64,000 nucleotides of DNA from Lama glama (lineage: Eukaryota): the NCBI GenBank assembly GCA_028534125.1, contig CM052817.1:25236001-25300000 (forward strand). The letters are read 5' to 3'. Position 1 is the first letter of the stretch. Each line of letters begins with the position of its first letter. The translations under genes were made by a program, and so were the position numbers. The notes under the pieces are model-generated. The model saw only the letters and a program-made list of their open reading frames with translations. It had not been told where the DNA came from and made no database searches. Shown in pieces: positions 11,340 through 25,434 of the stretch.

Positions 11340-12160
11340 GTTCAGACCCTGTCCTTTCTTTTCTGTACAAACCCTGTTCTTGTTTGATCTCACTCAATCC
11401 CTGGCTTAAATACCATCCCTGTGATGATGCATCGAGTCTTTATAGCACTAACCTCGACTTTTTTGCTGAGCTTCAGATTCATGTATGCAAACACCTCTAC
11501 TTCAACACCTAAAAGGCATTAATACAACTAAAATATGTCTTGATTCTGTGCCAAATCCACCTCCCCCCCAACTCTTCCTGCTCCATAAATCACGCTGCCC
11601 TGAGTCACTCTGGGACTGTTTTCTTTCCTTCACGATCCTAACTGTCGTTTATCAGTTCGACCTGGAAATATGTCCTAAATTCATCCACTTCTCTCTGTTG
11701 GCATGATGACTTTCGTGGTCACCAGCCACCATCACCTGATGCTGCTCCAATCACCGCAATCCTTTTTAGCTCTAGGGCCTTTCTATGTACTGTCCCCAAG
11801 CTTGGAAGGTGCTGGCTCTAGATGTTGCATGGCTGGGTCCTTTCATTCAAACCTCAACTCCAATGTCACTTTTTCTAGAGAACTTGCTGATCACCCAATC
11901 TGAAATAGCCACTCTCCCTCCGAGTCGCTTTCTATTAGATTACTCTGTTTCGTTTTCTTCATAGCATTTACTGTCCCCTGAAACAATCTCATCATTGATG
12001 CACTATCTTTCCCCTCCACTGACATATAAACTTGTTAAAAACTTGCAGAAAAATTCTGACTTTGTCTGTCTTGCTCACAACTGCAACCCAGGCATCTAGA
12101 ACAGTACCTGGTATATAGGAGCCATTGTATAAGTATTTCTTGAATTTATTAACCTTACTC
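11340..12160 (+). mobile_element. L2 LINE 3' fragment
   Basis: ggcttaaataccatcc...ctcaactccaatgtcact...ttcttcatagcattta...tctagaacagtacctggtatatagg...gtatttcttgaat matches the L2 3' tail. Confidence 0.8.
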
Positions 12161-12189
12161 ATCAATCCATCTTGTTTATATAAGTCCAG

Positions 12190-12690
12190 AGCAGGGATTT
12201 TTATCCTGGATCCCTGTATCCTCAACAGATCTGTGACGAGAACTCAGAGAGTTACGTAAACTTGGATGGGAAAAAGTTTTACATGTTTTTTTTTTTCCCA
12301 CTAACTCCTAACTGAACCCAAACCATAGTAGTGTTAGTAATGTATGTGACTTAATCACCTATATAAACCACAGATATTTTGATATTACATGACGTTGCAT
12401 CAGATATCTCAGAATATTACTTGTGCCCATCACTACTTCAAAATTATGATAATTAGGATCACAGCTAGATTGATATTTAATCCATTAATAAAGAAGTCCA
12501 TGGAGTACTATATTACCAAACTTTTCAAAAATAAAATAATTAAAAATTATTATTTAAAATTAAATAACAATATAAATATAAATAAAATTGGTTTACATTA
12601 TACTCCCATTTACTTTATACTTTAGTCTGAGGAGGAATTCATGGATTTCACCAGAATAACAAAGGGGTTTGGGACACATATAGGTTAAAG
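12190..12690 (+). mobile_element. hAT-Charlie non-autonomous DNA transposon (Charlie4a/MER113-like)
   Basis: cagggatt...aacttggatgggaaaaa...catcactacttcaaaattatg...ttaataaagaag. Subfamily uncertain. Confidence 0.6.
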
Positions 12691-12694
12691 TATA

Positions 12695-12875
12695 AGTTAT
12701 TTAAATTTAACTTTAAATTAGTGAAACATGAAATTAAATTAAAAATGCAGGTCCTTAGTGGCATCACCCACATTCCAAATGCTCCGGAGCCACATGTGGC
12801 TAGTGGCTACCATAGTGGACGGTACCGAAGCAGAATATGTCCATCCTTACAGAAAGTCCTCTTGGGTAGCACTGG
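12695..12875 (-). mobile_element. MER3 DNA transposon
   Basis: gccacatgtggctagtggctacc...tccatccttacagaaagtc...gcactg. Confidence 0.8.
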
Positions 12876-14390
12876 CCTAGAGCTAATGCTTGATTTCTGG
12901 TTTGTCTTTTCAGTGTCACCCTTTGCCCTCACTCTGGATCTTGTGGACTACCTTTTCCAGCAGAAATGCTGGGGTTGGGTTAGGAGCATGGTGGCTTTCT
13001 CTCAAGACCCTCGCTGTCTTCTTTTTACATTTAAGCTTTTACTCCATCACCAGAACTTGCCACCCCACCCCTGCCCTGGCCCCGCCTCGCCATGGTTCAG
13101 AGACTTGAGCTAGCCAGGGCAGTGTGACTATGCAGAATCTCCTTTACGTCATTCTCAGGCTCCTGCCCTGTTTCTGGGCAGAGAAGGTAGCTGAGGATGA
13201 TTAAGGGCAAGCGCAGTTGCCCAGAATGGGACAACCAGAGCCTTGAAGCTCTGTCTTCTCGAGGGCCCCCCAGTAGCTGTGCTCTGGCCCTAGAGGGTTC
13301 AGTAGCCATGCTTGGACATGTGGTGGGGCCCTCTGCCATGCTGGGGCTCTAGAGGGGGTCCCAGTTAGAGTGCCATGAGGGCTGAGGCAGGGCTGAATCA
13401 GCAGGGAGGACCTTGAGCCTTGTCCAAGCAGGGAGGGACCAGACCACGAGGGCCCGGCCACACCCTTCAGCAGTGAACTGCTTCTGAACAGCCTGGGCAA
13501 ACCGTGACCCATCAGCCCTGCAGGAACCCACGAGCTCCTAGCTGCAGTGTAGGCCTCCCTCTCCCCAACCCTCTCGCCCAAAGTCTCTGAGCGTCCCACA
13601 TGCCCAGATACCATCCTGGAGAGGAACAGGGAGGGTGACATAACTGGGAAACACTGACTCACTCAAAAGAGACTGCTTACTGGAACAGCCTGAGTCTACC
13701 ACACTGGACTGCAATCCAGTCCCACTCGTACCACTCACCAGTCAGTGGCATGGCGGTCAGGGGACACTTAAGGACAATTGGGACAGTTATAGAAAGTTAA
13801 GAACCTATATTCTCTTTGCACACCTGAGCCTGGAATGATTAAGTCTGAGACTGGGCATTATCTGTCCTGAGTCATACAGACCACTTGCTTGGGCAAAATA
13901 CGGCCCCAGACATTTTTCAGCACTTGGTGCATGAGATTCTTGTATGACTTGCTTAGCTAGGACACGGGGAGTCATCTACTGGAGCAACAAGATATCCGTG
14001 TGGCCCCTGGTTTTCCAGTCCTCCCAGCACTCCTTCTGGTCGATTCTGAGATATGTGCATTGCAGAGACCCCACCTCTGTGTGATGCTGGACACCAATGG
14101 GGCTTCTCCAAAAAAGGGAAAGCAAAGTGCTTTATCTGCAGGTACTGGAGGTGGCAGGTGTAGGGAACCACCAAGGTCTCCCTTCTCCTGCTTGTGGTGG
14201 TGGTGTGTATAGGATGTTTAAGAAAGAGACGGTTTGGAGAACAGGGTCAGCAAAAAGAGATCTGCTGGCTAGAAAAAGATTAAAGAATTTGACATTTTCA
14301 GATCAATTCCTTCCCCAAGCAGAGTATTACTGGCTTTGTTTCCGGACTAACTCATTAGAGCATAAAGACTAAATTTAATTGGCTAGTAGC

Positions 14391-14419
<29 letters not shown>
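14391..14419. repeat. (TG)n microsatellite
   Basis: Read directly from the sequence. Confidence 0.95.
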
Positions 14420-14421
<2 letters not shown>

Positions 14422-14436
14422 CTCTATGTTCTGTTT

Positions 14437-14895
14437 TGTCCTGGGTTGAATAGTGTTCCCCTGCCAAAACTCATGTTCACCCAAAACCTCAGAAAGTGCT
14501 CTTATTTGGAAATAGGGTCTTTGCAGATGTAATTAGCTTAGATGAGCTCATACTGGGCTAATGCTGCCTAAATCAAGATGACTGGTGTCCTTATAATAAG
14601 AGGAGATAACGCACAGAGGACACACACACACACACACACACAGAATACGTGTGGTGACAGAGGCAGAGCATGGGATGATGTATCTGCAAGCCAAGAGATG
14701 CCAAAGATTTCCAGCAACCACCGGAAGCTAGGAAGAGGCAAGGGAGGATTCTTTTATAGGTTTCAGAGGGAGCATGGCCCTGCTGACACCTCACTTTTGG
14801 ACTTCTAGCCTCAAGAACTGTGAATTAACACATCACTGTGGTTTTAAGCCACCTAGTTTGGTGTTTTGTTATGGCCGCTGTAGGAAACCCACGCT
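14437..14895 (+). mobile_element. MaLR solo LTR, MLT1C-like, with internal (CA)n
   Basis: tgtcctgggttgaatagtgttccc...cttatttggaaatagggtctttgcagatgtaatt...gggagcatggccctgctgacacc...ttttaagccacc. Confidence 0.85.
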
Positions 14896-16429
14896 AGGGG
14901 TGGGGGGGTCGTACTAATACACGCTTACATGTCATAACACAGGCTTTCAGGGGGGCAGTGATGTAACACGTCAATAAGCCCAGCCTGAGCAGGAACTCTA
15001 GTCTTCATGAACAATTCCCTCTAACATTTATGAGCGTCCAAATACACAGTTTAGAGCAACTGTTACTAAAATCCCCTGCCTTACCCTAGCTTCCCCCGCC
15101 CAGTTCCTAGCCACCCCCTGCAGACTTTTATCTACCTGCCTTCTGTATTCTTCACTTTCTCTTTCTTCTTGCTGGTCAATGTGGAGCTCAATTCCCCAAA
15201 CACAGTCCCAGGCGAGATCCACTCCCACCACCCTCACCTTCTGGGGAACCTGCCTCTACTTCCCAGTCAGGTTTCTTTGGTGAGTCCGCCTGCAAAGCTT
15301 TCCCTTTCCTTAGAGAAGGGGGCAGGGCAAGAAGCTCAACGAGGCCAGGGAGAGAGGATAAGCTCTGAACACCACACATTAAGCATTTTTATCCCCCTAG
15401 CACCATCTTCACTGTGCACACACCACATTTAACTTTGGTTCCCTTTGAAGGAATAACTTGATTAATGAAGCAGTTACAAAGAACTCAGCCTTTGAAACCT
15501 CTGCAGTGTCAATTGTGTGACTGAAGCTGACGATCCTTCCCAGTCATTTGTCACACTCACCAGTGGACCATCACAGTTTGTTTTTCTCTAAGTGTAGGTC
15601 TGAAAAGGGAACCAGTTGGAGGAAGAGAAGGAGACAAAGGTAAGTGTCTTAAGAGATCTTCTTCCCTTCCCTTGCCTGCAAGGTTTTTGGATACAATCTC
15701 AAAGGATGTTAATTGTGAGCAATGATGACAAGATACATGAAATACACAAGGTTTTCCTAAGAAAGTGTTGTGTCATAGCTGCTTTACAATGGAGGCAGTA
15801 ATTGACTAAAGAGAAGATATAAAATATAGAACATAAACTCTCCCTAGAAGTTTAAAAAGGAAGATAAAAATGCAGACATCAATAGGGAACTTCTTTAGTG
15901 CCCATTTTTAACAACATGATTCATATTACTTTTTTAAAGAACACTTTAAATGGCCTGCCTCCTTTTGTATTTTTTAAAGTTTTCAAAGGGCTGTGGAGGC
16001 TTAAGGCTGGATCTTGGGGGAGACGCGGTAATTAGAGACATAAGAACAGCTAGCACAATTTCACATGGAAAATGTCTCAACTGTGGTCATCGTGACATCG
16101 GCTTGGGAAGAAGCCACTTCATTCCACAAGACAAAATTGGTAGAAAATAACTTAGTCATAAGGATGTGGAACTGAATTCCCAGGAAAACATGAAACACAT
16201 GCTCCAGGGTACACCTTTGAAGATGCTACGTTTATCTTGGGCCTAAGATTATTTATAGAATGTTGTGTTATTCACCTCCAGTTGAAATGAGAGACATAGA
16301 ATGAATATTTTTAGGTCAATGAGTATCAGATTTTACATCTTCCCAAGTCTTCAGCCCCCTTGATTACTCATGTGGAAAGCACTTTAAGGAGAGGGCGTTC
16401 AGAGATGTTTACTATGATGAAGAAACTCC

Positions 16430-16915
16430 TGTGGCCCTCATGGTCCCTCCCGCCTGGTGTTCGTGCCCTTGTGTGATCCCCTCCCCCTGAGTGTAGCTGG
16501 GACCTATGACTTGCTTCTAGCCAATAGAATATGGCCAATGTGATGCGATGCCACTCTTACCATTACATTCTGCTATATGACACAGTAGATGGGATAGTAC
16601 CACCCTCTCTATGATTACATCATGCTATGTAAGGCTCTGTCTTGCTAGTAAATGCACTGTAGAGTCTTGCTCTCCTCACCAGGCTTTGAGCAATCAAGCT
16701 TCTACAAGTCCTACAGCTGCAAGAAAATGAATGGTGCCAGCAAGTGAAATGAGCTTGGAAGCACACCCTTCCCCAGGTGAGCCTCTAGATGAGAACCCAG
16801 CTCTGGCTGACACCTTAACTGTAGCCTTTTAGAAGACCCACATAAACTGTGAGATAGCAAGCGTGTGTTGCTTTCAGTCACTAAGTTTGTGGTAACTGGT
16901 GGAAAATGAAGACAC
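16430..16915 (+). mobile_element. MaLR LTR, MLT1E-like
   Basis: gcccttgtgtgatcccctccccctgagtg...gacttgcttctagccaatagaatatgg...ctacagctgcaag...gagcttggaagc...ctaagtttgtggtaa. Confidence 0.75.
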
Positions 16916-17214
16916 TTACTTTGATAACTTATTTTTCTGACCAAGGATTTTGGACTGTCTTTATTTCTGTAAGTCTGAACACTGTTGGGTTTTGGTTGCT
17001 TTCACCATTAATAATATGATGTCCACATACACATGGATGTTTTCTCTTTATGGTAGAACTGACCTAGGTCACAGCATCCAACGGCCTTGTATGAACAAGA
17101 GTATTTCCCATTTTGCACATATATCAAGCCAGCTTGTGATTTTTAGCAGCAAGTGATTCTCAAACTCCTTTATAGAATTGAGCTTGGCCTGAAAACTGCT
17201 CAAAAATCCAATCT

Positions 17215-17775
17215 GACTGCTGGTGGAACTGTAATGGATTGAAACTTTTTGGAAGGTATGGTTGCGGTATGCATCTAAGCTCTGAACATATGCACGCCAT
17301 TTGATCCATTTGACCCAGAAATTCTTTTTTAGAAAGTTATGTCAAAAACATAGTCAGACAAATGTTCCAAGAAGTATGTACAAGGATGTTCATTACAGCA
17401 TTATTTATAATAATTAAAAATTGAAAACAACATAAATGATCCAGTAGGTTAATTAACTTAGAGATGAGCTGTACAATGGAATACCAGGTAGCCATTTAAC
17501 ATTTTTCTGTGGATGTATAATTTTTAGTCACAGGACAGTGTAAGCAAAAATAAGAAAGAATATACAAAAGAATCTGTAATACATCCATGTTTGTGTGTGT
17601 GTGTGTGTAAAATATACATACACATTGAAAAATAGAACTGGATATACATCAAAATGTTAACAATGATTATATCTGGGTAGTGAAATTAAGGATAATTTTA
17701 TTTATTAATTTCTTGGCTATATTTTCTAATATTTTCCTACAATGTTCACACACAATTTGTACCATTTAAAAAACT
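17215..17775 (+). mobile_element. Old L1 3' fragment (L1ME-like)
   Basis: atttgacccagaaattc...tacaaggatgttcattacagcattatttataat...acaatggaatac...aaaatgttaacaatgattatatctggg. Confidence 0.75.
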
Positions 17776-19032
17776 CACAATGTGTTTTTTGGTTTATTTT
17801 TTGTTTTTTAAGTGATGCTGGCTGTTTTTAAATTCCTGATTTCTTTGTGGATTAGGTCTGGCTGATGGTCCAGAGACCCTGTGGACCTTTCTACCTGACA
17901 TTGAGAACATGGTCTCGGCACACAATGTCTGCACCCTCCCACTTCTGTCCCACAAACAGGTTGCCGCATGCATCTGGCTGTCACTCAGTCTCGGCCCAAG
18001 GTCACCCAAGTGACTCACACTTCAACAATAACACCTCCTTGAAAAGAAATCTTTTACCATAGCATCATGTTATTACTGGTCCCCAAAATGCTAAACAACA
18101 GATCTAATCTAAATCACAACAAATTAATTCCATGCTGGGTATTGGTGGTAGAGATAGCTTTGTAAAAAAAAAGAAAGCATAAATGCTCAGGGAGTGGACT
18201 GCAGAAAAACACAAATATTTGTCCTATAAACACTTATTAGATAATCACTGTCATTGGTAAAACCATTTACAAAAAAGCACACATTATGCATTTTTATTGT
18301 TTGTTTAGAAAATAAAATTATGCTGTATTAAATGCTCTTTAGTCTCTGCTTTTATTTTCTTCCTCTAGATTCTTCGTAGATGTATTTTAAGAGTGACCAG
18401 AGATGCGGAGAGTGTGAGAGAGTGGGAATTTATGGTAACTGAGTGCCTGCCAGGCGCCAGGTGCCAGGTGCTGCACCAGGGGCTGGGGTGCACTCCCCAC
18501 TCGTGAAGGAGGCACAGGGGAGGCTCAGAGAGCCCCAGGCAGCACAAAGAAAGATTAGGGCAAAAAGAAGAAAGAAAAAACACAGCAAATGGGGACATTA
18601 CAAGCCCACGGCCGTTGGGGAATCACTGAACAGGAGTGCTCTGTGGGATTAGAAAGGGAGAAGGGAGCCACAGAGGCAAGACTCCCCCAAGCTCTCCTTT
18701 TTCTAAGCACATTTGTGATCACAATGGGCACATTTGGCAGGAGGTCAAAAGTACAGTCTGCTGTTCTTGTTGAAATGGGACGTGGCGTTGAAGCAATGGA
18801 GGAACTGGGCAAGGAGGGAAGAGAATGGAGTTACTAGGTAATAAGTCAGGCTGGGTGAGGAAGAGAAGGGTTGGAGGAGGCAGTGTCATTCCATTCTATG
18901 ATAGCGAGACCTCCCGTGCTTTATTAAGGAAAGACAAAAAGCTAAAACAAACAAACAAAAAAACTCTTTTAGCCTTTTTGCCAAGCCTCAAATATAGAAA
19001 TTGTTGAATAACCAGGCTTCATCAGGAGAAAG

Positions 19033-19378
19033 GCAGGGTGGTCTGAATGCTGTGTCCCTCCAAAATTCATATGTTGGAATCCCGCCCCCTAAATGGTGGT
19101 ATGAGGAGATAGGGCCTTCGGGGTGATTAGAACATGAAAGCAGGACCATCCTGATAGGGATTAGTGCCTTTGTGAAAAAGAGCTGGCTTGTCCCTTCTGC
19201 CCGGTGAGGTGACAGGGAGAGGATCATCAGTGAGGAAGCTGATTCTCATGACACTGAATCTGCCGCCGCCTTGATCTCAGACTTCCCGGCCTCCAGAACT
19301 GTGAGAAATAAATTTCTATTGCTTCTAAGCTGCCTACTTTATGGTATTTTGTTACAGCAGTCCAACAAGACTAAGACA
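19033..19378 (+). mobile_element. MaLR solo LTR, MLT1A/MST-like
   Basis: gtccctccaaaattcatatgttg...gggattagtgcc...cctccagaactgtgagaaataaatttct...gactaagaca. Confidence 0.85.
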
Positions 19379-19676
19379 CGGAGAAACCTTGAGGTCAGGG
19401 CTCAAGGAGACAATGCCACAGGTTTTCTCAATGTCCCCTGATAGACAGGCCCGCCCTGCTCTTCTAGTGCATGCCATTAGAACCACCTCCTCTAACTCCC
19501 TGTTTCACGGGTCACTCCTGGCTGCTTCCACTACTGTAACTGACACTTCTCTGCATCATGGTTCAGATTCCTGACACAGAGGATCTGATTGGTTCACTTG
19601 GTCATTATTGTCACCAGTGGACGAAGCTTGCATGTTAGACCACCTCATGGCCCACTAGCCAGCTTATAGATTGTCC

Positions 19677-20176
19677 NNNNNNNNNNNNNNNNNNNNNNNN
19701 NNNNNNNNNNNNNNNNNNNNNNNNNNNNNNNNNNNNNNNNNNNNNNNNNNNNNNNNNNNNNNNNNNNNNNNNNNNNNNNNNNNNNNNNNNNNNNNNNNNN
19801 NNNNNNNNNNNNNNNNNNNNNNNNNNNNNNNNNNNNNNNNNNNNNNNNNNNNNNNNNNNNNNNNNNNNNNNNNNNNNNNNNNNNNNNNNNNNNNNNNNNN
19901 NNNNNNNNNNNNNNNNNNNNNNNNNNNNNNNNNNNNNNNNNNNNNNNNNNNNNNNNNNNNNNNNNNNNNNNNNNNNNNNNNNNNNNNNNNNNNNNNNNNN
20001 NNNNNNNNNNNNNNNNNNNNNNNNNNNNNNNNNNNNNNNNNNNNNNNNNNNNNNNNNNNNNNNNNNNNNNNNNNNNNNNNNNNNNNNNNNNNNNNNNNNN
20101 NNNNNNNNNNNNNNNNNNNNNNNNNNNNNNNNNNNNNNNNNNNNNNNNNNNNNNNNNNNNNNNNNNNNNNNNNNNN
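19677..20176. other. Assembly gap (500 N)
   Basis: Run of N. The 173-aa ORF 19671..20192 is an artefact of this gap. Confidence 0.99.
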
Positions 20177-20689
20177 GGCTAAAGAGTCATGATTTCTGAA
20201 ACTAACTTTCCAATGGCTCAGAAAGAAACATAGAAAGGTTGATTGATTAGTCAGTCAAATAGGGCAGAATGTCAGCAATTGCTGAATTTGGTGGAGGCTA
20301 GGGCAGATGTGCACTGAAATATTCTTTTAGGGTTTTTGTATTTTATTTTCATAATAATAAATTTGGGAGAAAGGAACCTAGAGAGAGGAGGCAGTGATTA
20401 CTTACAGATTGGCTGAAGAAGGCAGGGAACTTGGCCAATGTGAAGGCCTTTGGAGGGAGTTACAAAGCTCAGGATTGGCCACACAAGGTTGAATGCAAAT
20501 ACTTTCTCAATAAAACAGAATCTGGACAGAGGACCGGATGGGAGATTTGGCAGCCTTTCCAATAAAGATAGCAGGGGCAGCTGTAGAAGTAATAAAACTG
20601 CCTGGACTCATCTGTAAAGGCAAGAGGAGCAGACTCAAGACAGAGAAAGATGCATGTTCCAGCGATTTTCTGTGAACAGCTGGAGCTGG

Positions 20690-20890
20690 TCGGCCAGAGT
20701 GGAAACCCTTGCTCCACAGCTCACTAGTCATGTGACCTTGGACCAGTTATCTTCTCTGATATACAGTTCCCTCGACTAGTCTAACTCATGGAATTGGTGT
20801 GCATAAAGATTAAAGAGAATGATGTGTATAAAATTCTCAGCACAGAGCCCCACAGTGAGTATTCAACAAACGTTGGTCTCATTTTTATCA
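20690..20890 (+). mobile_element. MIR SINE
   Basis: tcactagtcatgtgaccttggac...gattaaagagaatgatgtgtataaa...cacagtgagtattcaacaaa. Confidence 0.7.
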
Positions 20891-21779
20891 TGTGACGGAG
20901 AAGGATGCAGTAAAAGAGAACACTTACTTGCCACCAACTACAGCAGCCAAAACATCCCAACCCACATCTCCTGCAACTTTGTTTACAATTGCATATATGT
21001 TCGGGTTATTTTAATTTCTTTCTTTTAAGTGAAGTTGTGTGGCCCGGGGTTAGCAGTGAGGCTGCTGAAGTTAAACAGCAGAGGCGATTAAGCTGCAGCA
21101 TGGAAAATAAACATTGACGTCTCTGCTTCAGTGTTTATCTTCAACGATACCTCACCTTTTCCTGGGTAATTATCTCTCTAGAGCAGACAGTTATCCAGCA
21201 TCGACAGGTAATTCCATTAACCTCACCACTTCAACACAGCCTTTCGGGCCACTCCTGGTCTCCTGGCTGCCTGTGAAATCTTACGGACCTCATATCACTT
21301 TGAAATTAAAAAGAGAAAGTAAATTATTCAAGCACATTAATTTTTCCCTGAATAAACCTCAGTACATCCTTGACTCATTGTTCCTAAAAAAATATTACTG
21401 CCAAGAATCTTATCTGTAACGATTCAATGCTAACTTGAGTATGGGTTGGAGGGATGGTGGTAGTCGAACATTACTGGTCACTGGTGAGCTGGCTTCTAAC
21501 TGAGGATGAGAAATAGGTCGGGGAACATGAGGTGGTCTCTGGAGACTTTGAAATGTTAGCGAGCATTCTGGAAACAAAATCCGGATCACATATACACTTA
21601 GCAGACATGATGGTGACCCAGAGATTTACCAAAGAAGATAAATAAAGCAAGTTTCATGAGAAATTCCACCTCTGCTTCCATTATTTACAATAAGAGTAGA
21701 CTGTCCCTCCAGGCCTTTGATCTGAAGCCTTGCATTTTGATGGTCTCATGGTGGATTGGCTGTTTTAGCAGAGCGTGTG

Positions 21780-22030
21780 TGAGAATAATTAGCGATAATC
21801 TCCCATGTGTGAGGAGCCTTACAGTTTACAAGGCACTTCCCTCCACAGTATGTCCCTTAATCCCCAAATCCTCACAGTAGCCTTGCAGGTTAGAGTTGTT
21901 ACTCCCTCTCCTGGGATCCCCCAGGCACACGCTCCTCATCACAAGGTAAGGACCCCGAGGCTCAGAGAGGTTAAGAAGCACATCTGACATCGCATGTCGA
22001 AGACTTGAATGGAAGTCTTTGGGCAATGAA
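21780..22030 (-). mobile_element. MIR SINE
   Basis: aatcctcacagtagccttgcagg...ccgaggctcagagaggttaag. Confidence 0.65.
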
Positions 22031-25000
22031 GATCCTACGTGGCTTCTCCTTAAAAGAAGGGAAGTGTTTATCATTTCATTTTCCTGTGTGCAGGAGGCTT
22101 CAGGCGTTCTGTCAGTGCTAAAGATTTATCTTCTTTCAAAGATAGGAAGTCAGGGTGTCTGCAGAGCACACGTTTCCCCCACTGGACTGACCCCAAGGTG
22201 ACCTTTACACTCATCTTCACTATCTGTTAATCCCTTGTGTCTGGGTTCCCACTGAAGTGTTGACAGAATGAACGAGTGGGGTGAGATAATGGATGCATCT
22301 CCCAAAGCTGACACATAGTAGGCATTCAAAAAAAAAACTTCTTCTAATGTAAAAACAATATTTATTTACTAGCTCTGGCAGCAGATTTGGTCAGGAAAGA
22401 GGTCAAAGGGTTGACTTAAATTAGGTTGGAAGGTTGGCTGGAATTCAATTACCCAGAACACTCTAGTCTCCCCTGCCAGCCATGATTAATGGAAGCTGGC
22501 GAAAGCAGGCTGGGGTTGGTAACACTGCAATCAACCCCTGCTGGGGAATGAAGATGTGGGAATTACCTCACAAGCATCCTGAGGCTGGATGAGATTTCTT
22601 AGGTTGGAAATATCCCTGTGGTTTAGCCTAATAACAGCAGGGCTCGGATTTGGAGACAAAGGGCACACACAACAAAGCTGGCCGATCCTTGCTCCTAGTT
22701 TTTCTCACAGTCATGCTGGCTGAGGCGTCCCAGTCGGACATGAATAAATCATCATCGAGGGCTGTGGATGGTTTGGATAAGATCTTTAAAGAACAGCTTT
22801 GCTCTTGGTTATTTAGGACATATATTAGGGGAAGAGGCCAACTGAAAATTAAAGAATGTTAACCATTAAAAGAAGAAATCTACACGTTCCTCTTTTCCAA
22901 TATAGATTTCCCTGCTCAATCTCACCCTGAAGTTTATCTAATCTCATTTCAGTGATGGAGAACCCAGGACTCAGCTATATGTTTCTTTTCATATAAAAAC
23001 ATTCTTTTGGAGCTGATCTCTGGAAAGGTATTTTGAAAATATGTTGATGATAATAGTTGTTAGCGTGTTTGCTTTTTCATTATTATCCGCTGACTTTTTG
23101 GAATTGGTTTTCAAGGAATTCCAGGCTTCTTGCCTTTGTCTAGCAACAGCACATCTGTTAGTAGGTGAAGGAAGCCCAAAAAGACACAACATATATTTCC
23201 CCTTGTTGTTAAATTCTAACTCTGCACTTCAATTTCTGTGCAGTCATGATTTCAGAGCCCAAAGCCTGTAGCCGGTCCTGATTTGCATAGCTGGCTTCTA
23301 GAGGCAAGTTAAGGAATCATTAAGACACCTACCCTTTGCCCCTTCCTTGGCCAAGTTGCTTAATTAACTTAGTTAAAATGCAGTTCAGTGTTAGGAGAGT
23401 AATTGCATTTATGTGTGTTAATAACTTATCTGTTCCTGTGCCATTGCCCACTTCACTCTAATAAAAAATATATGCCTGTGATGTGACGTATGGATCTTCA
23501 AGCTCACAAAATGAGCTCAAACTTGAAAGAGATCCAGACTACAACAACGTTTATTATTTTTAGAGCATTACCTCGTCATTTTGATTAATTTGCTTGGAGT
23601 GCTTTTCCCTGCAGCTCCCCAGGGAGAGGTGGGGGAAAAGATGGTAAAACATAAATTTCCTTTGGTGACGAGTTCACATCTGTTTAGAACTGCAACATGG
23701 CAAATCATTGTGAAATCTTCTAATGGATGCCTGGCCAATGCCAAATAAGCCCAGGACCAAAAGCACAGAAAGAAATAATTGAAAGACACTGGACTGAATC
23801 CAAGAGGCCGTGGCTAATGTTTCACCTAATCTCCCTCTGGGTCTCTCCCGCCTGCCACGGTGGCCCTACCTACAAGATAGGCACTTCAGAGCTTTCTTGC
23901 AGCTGCTTCTTGGTTGTTTGCACCCTCTAACCCCCTGGCAGAAGAATGAGAGCTGCTATGAAGCCAAAAGCATAAAATGGGGAAAGAGTAGGACTCACAG
24001 CAGGAAGAGGGAGCTGCTGGAGGTTAGCACACATCTTCTGAAAGGGTTAATTCCCCTCTGATGGCGTTGGGGGCTCATCTGGGACAGACCTCAACCTTCA
24101 TAGAACTGGCCCACCGGCCAGGGAGAGGTCCCCAGGTGGCACAGATCACATCCCAGATTCCAGGACTCTGCAGTTTAGGGTGGGGTGGGGTATAAGAGCT
24201 GGGAACAAAAGTTTCAAAAAAGAAAAAAAAAACTGCCTGTTTTGTTTTTGATTCTTTTTATCTTGGCTTTATCTCTTGCGCTGCCAACTCCAGAACCTTA
24301 GAAGCTAGGGGTGGGGTTGGGTGGGGCTCAGTGATGTTTTTTTTCTTAAAGGGAAAGAATAGGGAAGTCTCCTGGAACATTTACACTTTGCTTGAACCTG
24401 ATTACAGTCAAGTAAAAACTGTTGAGCAATGTCCGGTTTTATCTCTTTGGAGCCGGCATTTGCAAAGGTGGCATCAACACATCAGAGGGCAGAAGGGAAT
24501 TCTGCTGCCACTCAAGGAAGAATTTGGACCTGTGAGATATATTATGCTGTCTTGATGATTTCAACCCGTCTAAGCCAGGCTTTGAGCTTCAAGACAATAT
24601 GCTTGGAATTGGCAACAAAATGATCATTTATTGCTAGTAAGGGCTACCTAGCTTTGGGTATTTCTGGACACATCCTGTATTTAGATACTGTATTCTGCCC
24701 TTCAAAAAGAACAAAACAAAAACCAAAAAAACCAAACAAACAAAAGGCAAAAAAAAAAAACCAAACCCCAAATAACCCCAAATGCTCAATACCACTCCTT
24801 CCCTCCCCTCAAAAGAATTTTAGCTAAGTTTGAGGCTTGGAGTTTATTTTTTGAACAATAGAGATGCAGTATATATTCTAAGAAAACACAATGGGAGAAC
24901 ATTCGAATTTGCCAAATTAAATATAGAGAATTATGCATTTTACAGAAGGATTTGTTATGGGGATTTTAAAGTAAAAACTCCTTAAATGTCTGTCAACTAG

Positions 25001-25089
25001 CGATATGTATGTTATATATGTTTACCTTTTAGGATCTTGTACAGGAAAGTTCTACTGTGTAAATATCATTCTTACCATGGAATGAACAA

Positions 25090-25215
25090 GGTCCCTGGGG
25101 TTGAATCCCAGCTCTACCACTCATAGGCAGGTGACTGTGGCCTAATTACTTCACCCCCCTGAGCCTCAGTTTCTCCATCTGCAAAAGGAGGGCAGTATAT
25201 GCCTGCCTTGTAAGA
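25090..25215 (+). mobile_element. MIR SINE
   Basis: gggttgaatcccagctctaccact...ctgagcctcagtttctccatctgcaaaa. Confidence 0.8.
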
Positions 25216-25434
25216 TTTAAATGAGCTGCTTGCTACACCACCCAGTAGACGTTTCATGTCTCTTAGCTTCCTGGGGGTTCTCCTTCTTTCCCCTCCACCG
25301 AGACCACGTGGGGCAGCCAGCAGGGAACAAAAGAAAATTCAGCTTTAGATATTTCAGATTTATATCAAATAAGATGTGACCACAATCGAATAGGGACCAG
25401 ACAGCAATGGCTGTTTCTGCCCTTCTCATTTTTT

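Noticed and set aside
13097..13738. GC-rich stretch with overlapping ORFs up to 153 aa
   Set aside because: No recognisable domain, composition typical of chance ORFs in GC-rich DNA, and not a clear CpG island.
19671..20192. Longest ORF in the track (173 aa)
   Set aside because: Made almost entirely of N bases from the assembly gap.
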